From NCBI GenBank assembly GCA_003971905.1, contig RSEE01000145.1:106358-126357 (forward strand): a stretch of 20,000 bases of DNA, written 5' to 3'. Both the position numbers and the translations under genes were made by a program. Shown here piece after piece: positions 9,509 through 18,366 of the stretch. Position 1 is the first letter of the stretch; every line of letters begins with the position of its first letter. The notes beneath the pieces are model-generated. The model saw nothing but the letters and a program-made list of their open reading frames with translations. It was not told the DNA's origin and searched no databases. This DNA comes from Moniliella sp. 'wahieum' (Eukaryota).

Positions 9509-12500
9509 TTAAGACGACCCAGGCCTACGCGCGGAGACAGGGGACACATGCACCCCCCCCGCACTCCCCCCCTCCGCCGCACCACTCCCACCCTCTGCCG
9601 TACGAGCGGACGCCTCTTGCCCGCACCCGCCCCGGCGTTCCAGCTAGGCACGCTACCTGCTGCGCCGGTCCAAAAAGGCGGGAGGAAGGGAGGTTGTGTC
9701 CCATGCGCAGCATGTGCGTGCGGCGTAGCGTGCGCGGGTACGCCCCCCGCCCCACCGAAGAGGAAGGTGTAGTGAGCCAAGCAGGTCCGGGTCCCGCTTG
9801 GTGCGGCCCCTGTGGGCAGAGGCCGAGGCCGACGTAGACGTAGATGGGCCAGGAACGTTCGAAGGAGTTGAGCCCGTACCCGTACCTGTGCCCGTTCCCG
9901 AGCCTGTGCCGGGCCGGGACGATTAGGTCCACTAGGGCCGGCGGTAGGTGTGGGTGTAGATGTGCGGTTGGCGTTGGCGGCGGTGGACGTGGAGGCGGGT
10001 TGGGGTTAGATGTGGGTGTAGGTGTAGGTGTGGAGGTAGGTGGCGGATGGGGGGTGGACGCTGATGCTGCCCCAGGAAGGGGCGGGGGTGGGAGTGGCAT
10101 GAGCATGGGCCGGATGCGGGTTAGGGCTCGGGTGGGTGGTGATCCCCGGTGCATCCAGGGGGACTGGACGTGAGCGTAACCTGTTGGGGTGGAGTTGTCC
10201 CCGGAGCCGATCCTGAGCCTGGGACGCCCACGCCGACCCCTATGCCCGGTACAGGTGCGCCTGCTCCGGCGCCGCGGGCTAGAGCTGCGGGCCCAGCGAA
10301 CGGCGCGATGGACGGTCCCAATGCGCCCATACCAGCCCCTGCACCCGCACCAGCGGCATACCTGGCCCATACCTCCCATGCCCATACCGCCCATACCTGC
10401 TCCCATACCCATACCGCCCATACCGCCCATACCTCCCATGCCCATACCGCCCATGCCCATCCCCATGCCCATACCTGGTGCGCCCGGAAAGCCTAGGGGC
10501 GGGGGCAAGTTGCTATGGGGCAACGGCATGACGGACCAAGGGTACGCAGGATCGTACAGCGCCGCCAAGACCGAGACGGAATTGAACACGTCCCCTGGTG
10601 ATCCGGCAGGGGGCATGTGCGGTGCCGTGGCGTCCAGGTAAGGGTGCGGGCGCCGCTCCAGAGCCCGAACGTCCAGGCAGGATGCTAGGTGCGGCAGCTG
10701 GGGCTGAGGGAGGGTAGGATCAGGTCGTTGGACCGAAGGCGATTGGGTCGTCGCGTGGTGCGCAGCTTGACCCTGACCTGGAGCTTGACCCTGACCCTGA
10801 CCCTGACCCTGAGCCTGAGCTTGACCCTGGGCCTGGGCCTGAGCGTGGACGTGCGAAGGCGAGGTTGTTGTTGTCCACTAGCGCGGAGGAATTGCATCAA
10901 CAAGTCCATCCCGCTACCCGATGGTGCCAGTCCGTCCCCGCCGGCGGTCGCGACGGGGGGAAAGAAGACGCCGAGGAAGTCGAGGAGGGCAAGCCGCCCG
11001 GGCCAGCCAAGTTGATGGGAGGGTAAGACGTGGGTGCGGCTCCAGCACCCGCTCCAGCACCGGAACCAGTACCTGTACCACTCCCGCTCCCGTTCGTGCC
11101 ACCTGGGAACCCGCCTGGGAAGAAGATGATGAAGATGAGGGACCTCGAGCGCCGGAGGCTGTGGTGCCCATGCCGCCTCCGGTCGATCCAAAGGACATTT
11201 CCGACTCGTACCTGCCGGAGGGGCGGATCGGAGCGGGGCACTATTAGCCTGGCCCGTACCTGACCCATCCTGATTGGCCATCGTAGTATCGATAGTAGCC
11301 AACGTCGAGCTGCGGGACAAACCTGAAGTGGGTGCGCCCATACCGAGGCCCGTGCGGCCCTGCGATCGCGGTCGTGGTCGCGGAGGCGAATGCGATAGCG
11401 CACGAGTCTGCACCGTAGCTCCGCTGGTGCTACTGCCGCGCTCGTGGGTGGCACTGGAGGAGCTATGCACGTCGGTTGTACGAGCGCGTTTGGGACGGGG
11501 CGAGGTACGCTCCGTGTCGTAGTCAGTTGCTTTGCGCGTGGTGCTGGTGGAGGTGTGGTGGGAGCGCCAGTGCGCGGTTTGGACGATGGTGCGACGGAGC
11601 CAGAGACCGAGCCGGATACTGAACCGGTCCCGGACCCCGCTGACGGAGAGTGGTCCGGTGCAGTGTTGGTGGTATTGTTGGCAGATGCGGAGGCAGGTGC
11701 CGCAGTGGCCGAGGAGGCCGATGCGCCCGGATCGGGATTGTACCGTGCAATGAGTCGGTCGGCACTTTCGGGCAAGCCTTCGGGGGCAAGTCGGACTGGG
11801 CACGCAGTTGCTGCAACAGTTCCGAAGGGGTTTTGCCTGGCCAAGTGTGCCATGCGCGGGTCACGGTACGTTCCGAAGTGGAGGCCAACAAGACTTCAAT
11901 ATCGTTCATCTCAGCTTCGCTAAATCCATGGCCCAAGACGTTGGTCACGCCCCCGGCAAAGGTGCCGAGGGTAGCGACCACGTCACGGATCTGGTTGTTT
12001 TCCAACATGAGTTGGTGGAGCATGTAACGCAAGTGCATCACTTCGTTCATTGTTCCACCGCCAATTGCTCTACTACCGAAGTTTCGAGCGCTTTGATGTA
12101 CTCTTGTTTGCGCTGACGGAATTCGCGTTGGGCAATACGGTTTTGGGCTTTGCGGCCGCCGCCAGTGGCCGTTCCGGGCGCGGAATCGAGATCGGGCGTG
12201 TCCAGGTCGTCCAGCTCGTCGTCGCCGAGCGACGGGCGGGAGAGGGCGACTTGGGATGGGACTTTTTCGTGCGCGCCGTACTGGCTTTCTTGGCGGCCGA
12301 GCTGGCGGCCGCGGGGCTTGGGGTGGACTTGCCAGGCGCAGCTGCCGGAGCGGGGCGGACGCAGAAGCGAAGCGGGGGCAGCAGGAGCAGGAGCAGTGGC
12401 CGGGGCAGAGGTGGAGGGGAGGCAGAGGTGGTGGGGGTATCGTCGGCGTCGCTGGTGGGGCTGACGGCGGGTGGACTGGGTGGCCGGTGGCCTGCTGGAG

Positions 12501-12543
12501 GGCAGCGAGCCAGGGGGTGCCGGGGGCAGGGGGCGCTGGCCAT
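9509..12543 (-). CDS. bZIP transcription factor, Yap/AP-1-like basic region, long low-complexity C-terminus (frameshifted in this assembly)
   Basis: Minus strand ~12155-12083 reads RKAQNRIAQREFRQRKQEYIKALE (NxxAQxxFR, Yap-type basic region). After a 1-bp shift at ~12061 it continues NEVMHLRYMLHQLMLENNQIRDVVATLGTFAGG (zipper/coiled coil), then through ORF pieces 10897..11853, 10685..11803 and 9525..10616 with QG, GM and P/S-rich tracts. Start (ATG 12543, MASAP) and stop (TAA 9511-9509) are best guesses. Confidence 0.8.
10365..10475 (-). repeat. Coding repeat giving a Gly-Met (GMGMGGMGG) tract in the bZIP protein
   Basis: Plus strand CCCATA/CCCATG/CCCATACCG units; translated in ORF 9525..10616. 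Confidence 0.9.
10766..10843 (-). repeat. Coding hexamer repeat giving a QAQG/QGQG tract in the bZIP protein
   Basis: Plus strand (CCCTGA)n/(CCTGAG)n/(CCTGGG)n. Read in the frame continuous with MPPAGSPGDVF it gives AQAQAQGQAQAQGQGQGQGQAPGQGQA. Confidence 0.85.
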
Positions 12544-12849
12544 GGCTACGCGAGGGAAGGGGGGTGGGGCGATGGGGATGCTGGTGATGGTGGTGGGGAT
12601 GGGGATGGGGGTGGGGACGGTGGTGTGGTGGGGTGGTGTGGTGGATGGGAGTGTGGTGGTGATGGCGGCGCTGATGGCGGGGCGGAGGAGGAGGAAGGCT
12701 GAATGCAGCGTGCTGAGCCTCAGCTCAGCGGGCCGAGCTGAGTCCTCATCGATCGTCTGCCAGGGGGGGGACGGGTGACGGGCGACGGGTGAGGGGCGGA
12801 ATGGCAGCGCATGGGTTCCGCCCTGCCGCTGGGGCTTGCAGTGCGGGGT

Positions 12850-14836
12850 TGTACTTGTGCCACTGGCCATCGAGCGCTTCCGGTCCTGGATCCGCCTCGA
12901 CGACCGGGTTCGCTTTGAGGTGGACAGCGTCGCGTTGGTGGCAATTGTGCGGCACCCCAGCGACGACCACTTGGCTCGTATCGGGATGAAGGTGGGCGAG
13001 ATGGGCGTGAAAGATGGGCAAATTGTGCATGTGCCTGGCGTGGATACTGCGGTTGCCGACTGGGGCAGCCGGTGTCCCGCTCCGGATCCCACCGAGTCCC
13101 TCGACTCGGAGGGTTCCGAGCCGCCACCGCCGCGCCTGCGACCGCCCGCCCGCCTTGGTCTCTTCTGCGCCTCCACTGGGATCGCGTGCATCGCGGCAAC
13201 CAGCGTCGCTTTCCTTGTCCTCCTCGCCCGCCCGCCGCCATGGCCCCTGCAATTGAAATTCCGTCCGCACCTGAAATTGAAACTCCGTCCGTACCCGTTG
13301 AATGCGCGCCCCGCGGCGCTGAGTCCTCCTCCCTTTCCACTCCCCCCTATCCGTTCGCCGGCGTCATTGAGTCCTCGGGCCCCCTTCCGGGGCGGTTGCG
13401 CGACCTGCCTGTCGTCACCCTCGATGAGCAGCGCCGCGACCCGGTTTTGGCCCTGCATATTGACGTGCTGGCGCGCCTTGCGCAGCATGGCGAGCTGGAC
13501 GGCTCCGTTTACCCCAAAGGGTATGATCGTTCACAGCCGCCGCGCGGTACCAACTTCTCGATGACCTCCTCTGGTGGCGCGACTATGCTGTCGGTGGCAA
13601 GGATGATCGATCGTCTACTCGCATCCCGGTGCACTTGGTCCTGGCGATCCCGTCCCACCTGGAGAACGCGTACATGCGTTTCTACCACGAGGCATTCTTC
13701 CATCCGCGTGGAGCTCGTTTCGATCACCTGTTGCGCAGTCGCTGCCACTTTGAGCACATGTTTACGAAAGCTCGCGAGTTTGTTCGATGCTGCGAGGTGT
13801 GCCTCCATCGCCCGCCGCGTCGCTCCGTCGCTGGTCTCGGCCACAGGAGTGGGCCGATGTTGGCTGCCACCTGTATCTCGATTTCGGACATCTTGGTGAC
13901 CTCGTCCCTGACGGGCCCGATCGGAATTTCCTGGTCATCAGGGACCAAGCTTCTGGTTCATTGCTGCGGCTCTCGTTCCGGACATGAAGTCTGGATCGGT
14001 CATCGAGGCCTTGTACTACACCTGGATCAAGCCGTTCGGCCCTCCTCGGAAGATCACAATGGACAACGCCACCAGCTTCACCACCCCCCCCGAGTTGCAG
14101 CGTTTCTTCCAGTCGTGCGGCATTACCCCGGTCTATTCCACGCCATACAATCCTGGCGCCAATATGGCTGAAACTGCGGTGAAGAAGGTAAAGGACGGCA
14201 TGCCGCTGCGATCTTGTCCCAGATGTTGGACACGTCCTCCCCGCACCCCCGGGTGGGTATCGACTTGCTTCTCGCCGGCGTTTGCTCCGCCTGGAACGGC
14301 TCCTTTTCTGCCCATTCCCATGGTGTGCCGGAGGAGATCTTCTTTGGCCGTCGCCTTGTGCACCCCGCTGACCCACTCCAGCCCATGCCGCCCCGCACGA
14401 GTGTGACGCGCGGCGAAGGTGACCCGCCTGACCCCGAAGCGCAGCCTTTCTTTGACGAGTCGTCGCGCTATCCAGTCTTCCCACCTCACACACTGGTTCG
14501 CGTGGTCGCCCCCAAGGCTAGTCCGGCTGGCAAGAACCTCTTCACTGTCTCTGGCCCGTACCGCGTGGTGGCTCGTCTTAGCGAGGCCAATTACTGTCTG
14601 GCTCACTTGAATGGCCATCCACTTGAGCGGCCTGTTCACTGCCGATCCATGTTCGCGTATTATGGTCCCATGCCGTCTGCCTTCGAAAGTTCCGCCTGTC
14701 GCGATCCCATCTTCACGTGGGCCCTTCCCGCGGTGGCTCCACGCCATGGCCCGGCTCTCCCCACGCTGCCCCTGCAGAAGATGACCTGGACGATGAATCG
14801 CCTCCTCCGTCGCTCCCGGGTTCTTGGCCATCTTAA
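12850..14836 (+). pseudogene. pol: pol fragment: RNase H end + integrase (HHCC, D,D35E core, GPY/F)
   Basis: RNase H: LAIERFRSWI..RFEVDSVAL..IVHVPGVDTAVADWGSR (~12863-13072). Zinc-binding: YHEAFFHP...CEVC (~13686-13802). Core: LYLDF (D 13880), FLVIRDQASG, FGPPRKITMDN (D 14062), STPYNPGANMAE (E 14170), with exactly 35 residues between the second D and E. SGPYRVVARL at ~14550. Likely stop TAA 14834-14836. Several frameshifts separate the ORF pieces. Confidence 0.9.
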
Positions 14837-14961
14837 CTCTTTCTCCCTATCTGACTGCCTGGAATGTTTTGACTCTGTTTCTCTCTCTTCTTTGCTTGAC
14901 CTGCCGTTCTCGCTCGTTGGCGGGGTGTTGTCACCGGGATCACCGGCCGGCGGGGTTGGGG

Positions 14962-15245
14962 AGTTGCGTTTGTGTTGGGGCGGCCGATTGTTCTCCGGTG
15001 TTCTGGTTGGCGGGGCTTGAGGCTTGAGGTTGATGGGATATAACGAGCTCAACGGCATCCGTTGCTTGTCTCCTTTCCCCCACCTTTTGGCTTCAATTGC
15101 CCCCTGACTCCTACCCGGCTTCGTGCCATCTCGACTCCTCACCTAACTCGCTGCTTCCCTCTCTGCCCCTCGCCTTGATCCCCGGTGCTTCTCTCTGCCA
15201 CAGACCGTAGTTTGTCGCCAGTCCGATTGCTCGGCCAACGCAACA
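14962..15245 (+). repeat. Putative 3' LTR (~284 bp)
   Basis: Ends AACGCAACA (15237-15245); its inverse TGTTGCGTT matches AGTTGCGTT at 14962-14970 (8/9), directly after a G-rich PPT-like tract GGCGGGGTTGGGG. Internal TATAA (15039-15043) is followed by CT-rich R/U5-like sequence. Alternative start: TGTTG at 14926 after TTGGCGGGG. No second LTR is available to confirm. Confidence 0.6.
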
Positions 15246-15433
15246 CCACGTTGGAAGGGGGGGGGTTATGCAGGTTATGCTACGTGTAAGAGTGTTGCAG
15301 TGTCAGAGGGTTACACTATGAGTCTGAATGGGTGAGGCTGAGGCTGTGAGACTGAGGCTGGGAAGAAGCATCCGGTGGGCTGTGCGAAGGAATGGAATGG
15401 AATCGAGTTATCTGCTGAGCCTAAGCTGCTCGC

Positions 15434-17985
15434 TCAGACGAGCGCACGCGAGTTGTCCGTCGCATTGTCGGGGCGCAGCAGTTCTCTGTGGGAGTAACAA
15501 AAGCAGGTATCCGTCAGTCACTAGTCCAACCCCACATCACATCCCCCCCCCACATTCACACATACTGCAACAAAACAAACAAAGTCGAGCCCGACGTCAC
15601 GCAGCTGGAGCGCAGCCTGGGTGGACATTTTGATCGCGTGCTTTGCGGCGGACCGATCAGCGGCTCCACCGGCATACACTTGACGGCGCACGGTTTCCGC
15701 ATACTCGGGCCACCTGGGCCGCGGCCCACTTGACGAACCCCGAGGCCATGCGCGCCTCGCGGAACGCATGGAAGTAGTACTCTGCGCCGTGCCGGAGCGC
15801 GGTGAACGTAACCAAGGCCAACTCGGCCACGTACGCTGCGGCGTCGCCGTCGGGCCGGATGAGGCGCGTGCGTTTGCGCAGTGTGCTCGTGCGGCCATGG
15901 AGGAACGCACAGCGTGCCGCTTCGGCATGCTCGGCTCCAAGTGCCGTAAGGTGTTTGACCAGACCTGCCATTTCGCTTCGCTTCGACCCGGCCGACGCGA
16001 TCCGCAGCGCAGCTACCAGCGCTTGCGATACCGCTCGGCCCTGCACACCCACCCGACGCCGAAGGTCGAGCGAAACGAGCGTCGGCTTGCCTGACGCTGC
16101 ACTTTCCAAGCGCGCCACCGCCGTCCGACCACGCTGCACAAGTCCCACCGCCTCGTCCCACGAGCGCAGTGCGATCGCCACGATCAGCTGGTCCGACCAG
16201 TCGGTGATCAGGTCGTGCGCCGTCAGCGCCTTGCGGCCAGTCGACCCAGCAGGCGTAGTAGTAGTCGTCGTAGTGGTGGTAGTGGATCCCGTGGCAGCAG
16301 CAGGGGAGCACGTCGCGCAATACAGCAACAACATCACCGCTTCCGTTTGCGCCGGCGGCACGAGGGTCAGAGGGTCGAAAGGGTGCGGGTGCTGGTGCTG
16401 GTGTCGTGCAGTCGAGGCGATACGTTGAGCGACCTGACGAAACGCATTCAACAAAGTCTTTTTGGCTGCTGCCGATCGTGCCGCATACACATACGTTTCT
16501 TTTCGCCTGCGAATCCGGATGGCATGTGCCACCTCTGGTCCGTCCCGTAGGTCAATCACGACAATGTCCGCCAGGGCAAAGCACCGATCCGCACGAAGCA
16601 CAGCCTGTGTCGTCCCACCCAGAGTGGTTGCGCCTCCTGCGCCTACACCTGCTGCTGCGCCTGCGGACCCTGGAGTTGCGGTGCTAGATCCCGCCGGGGT
16701 GGGGCAACATGCTCATCCGTTGACTTCGTCTGCGATCTTCCTCTTCCCCCCCCCCCCGACGAGCGGGGTGGCAATCAACAAGCGGTCGTCAAGCAGGACG
16801 AGGTGAACAGGCTGGATAGGACGGTAGGTAGCAATGTTAAGTTGGACCCACCCTGGCGCATCGGCCCACCACATGACGATCTTCCCCGAGTGGGACTAAC
16901 TTTTCCGCGCCCGAGACGGACGCCCACAGAGCGCGGATCTGCGCCTCCCACAACGAAGCCAAGTCCGACACGCCGGCTCCAGCGCCAGGTGCTGCTGCTC
17001 GCCACCTGCGGCGCCAGGGAGCAAGCTGATGCGGCGCGAGGCGCGTCGGGCGGCCGTCGTGCGCGGCGCGTCCAACGCCCCTGTTACAGCGAGGTAGGCC
17101 AGATCGTCATCGGCAAACGCGAGTGAGGTCAGACAGAGCGGGAGAGCGCGAGAAGTGGCAGAAGCGGAAGCTGCTTCGGCAGCGGCAGCAGCAGCGGACG
17201 CACTGGCATGTTTTGTGCGTGTTTGAGCGTGGCTGGGATGGAAGCCCATTCGCGAAGGGTATGTTTCAGTTCGATCATATCGTTTTCCAACTGCGCCACT
17301 TCTTTCGAGATCCAAATAAAGTCTTGGTAGTTGGCACACACTTCTTTCTTGAGTTCCTCGCCTGCGCGCGCTTTGACCCCAACCAAGGTCTCCTTTGCTC
17401 GGTTGGACCGGAGGCCGCCACCCCTACGCCCGACACCGCTCGCAAGTACGCTTGCGGCTCAAACTTGTCTGATGAAAAGTACGCCCACTCGGCGTCGGCC
17501 GCCACAGCTTCCTCCTCTGCACTTGTCAGCCGTCCCCTGACCGCGCAGCGACAAACGCCAAGGCATCATCGCGTTCGTGCGCCTCGCCCAAGCCCAACCC
17601 CACTGCGGCTGCACCCATTCCCGCGGCTGCTCCTGCGGCAGATGCTGGCCCACCGCCCATACCCATACCCATACCCATACCATACCCATGCCCGCCGCGG
17701 CTGCAGCTCCAGCATCCGCTGCGGAGCGTGGGCCAAGGACGACGGTAACGTGGGCACGGGCGGTGCAGGTGCAACACAGCTGCGCCAGGGGGTAGCGCTT
17801 AGACAAGCGTTTCTTGACATTGGATGAGCTGGCGGAGCTGGCGGCGGTGTGTGGGGGTGGGCGCGGGACGGGTGGGCAGAGGGGTGGGAAGAGGAGTGGG
17901 CGGACGCGTAGGCTGAGGAGCCAGGGATGGAGGGGGGTCTTGGTGGTACACGTCTCTGGGGCCGCGTGCGCAGGGAGCGCGTCAT
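15434..17985 (-). CDS. EXO84: Exocyst complex component Exo84 (frameshifted in this assembly)
   Basis: Start MTRSLRTRPQ (ATG 17985); VKKRLSKRY; FEPQAYL; coiled coil LKKEVCANYQDFIWISKEVAQLENDMIELKHTLREWASIP; PH-like WVQLNIATYRPIQPVHLVLLDDRLLIA..ADRCFALADIVVIDLRD; C-terminal domain DQLIVAIALRSWDEAV..FLHGRTSTLRKRTRLI..MASGFVKWA..EYAETVRRQVY..QLRDVGLDF. Terminal exon 15485-15434 (ELLRPDNATDNSRALV*). Confidence 0.92.
15486..15565 (-). other. Spliceosomal intron (80 nt) near the EXO84 3' end
   Basis: Minus strand GTATGT donor at 15565, ACTGAC branch site, CCCACAG acceptor ending 15486. Splicing gives ..LLQ|ELLRP, matching the usual Exo84 ending. Confidence 0.8.
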
Positions 17986-18366
17986 GCGTTTGCCTGCCGC
18001 TCGTCGGCCATGCTTCTGATGGGTGGTGTGGTGGATGTGGATGTGTGGTGGTGGAGATGGAGGTGGGGGTGGGGGTGGAGATGGAGGTGGAGACGGAGGT
18101 GGAGACGGAGGTGGAGATGGAGGCGGAGATGGAGGCGGAGATGGTGGAGGTGGTGGGGTGGAGGCGGCGGGCGCCACGTGGCGCGGGGCAGGCAGGAGCC
18201 AGCGCAGCGGGTTGGGTTGCGGATGCGGATGCCGTGCTGACGTACGTGCGTTTCCAATGTTCAAGTAATCCAACGCTCAGTGGGCCCGTCACGTGACACG
18301 ACGGTACATCTGACGGCGACCGACCCACCCACTCCGCCCAGTCCGTGCCTCCCGGCGACGGTGCGG
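17986..18366. promoter_or_regulatory. Short bidirectional promoter region between EXO84 and cyclin L
   Basis: Head-to-head ATGs 381 bp apart. Perfect palindromes GCGCCACGTGGCGC (18171-18184) and GTCACGTGAC (18288-18297), both with CACGTG cores; TGACGT at 18238; CCAAT at 18254. Confidence 0.65.
18025..18165 (+). repeat. Degenerate hexamer repeat (GGAGAT/GGAGGT/GGAGAC/GGAGGC)n upstream of the EXO84 ATG
   Basis: Directly visible; reads (CATCTC/CACCTC)n on the EXO84 sense strand. Confidence 0.9.

Larger units (their letters stand above)
12850..15245 (+). mobile_element. 5'-truncated Ty3/Gypsy LTR retrotransposon (RNase H C-terminus, integrase, 3' LTR)
   Basis: RNase H then integrase order is typical of Ty3/Gypsy; a 3' LTR candidate follows. 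No gag, protease, RT or 5' LTR in the window. Left boundary approximate. Confidence 0.9.

Noticed and set aside
8434..9780. Long overlapping ORFs (KGKER / FPFLS / LGLG repeats)
   Set aside because: Artefacts of stop-free microsatellites read in several frames.
9509..12543. Naming the bZIP gene YAP1 or HAPX
   Set aside because: The basic region is Yap-like, but no cysteine-rich redox or iron-sensing domains or Hap4-like motif could be identified.
12073..13488. 471-aa minus-strand ORF as a single gene
   Set aside because: Its first part is antisense to the retrotransposon pol; only the part from ~12543 plausibly belongs to the bZIP gene, whose basic region is in another frame.
15252..15499. 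GGAAGGGGGGGGG as PPT followed by a GTTA...TAACA LTR
   Set aside because: It would overlap the EXO84 terminal exon and intron acceptor (15434-15499); the 14962-15245 candidate has a longer terminal inverted repeat and better LTR architecture.
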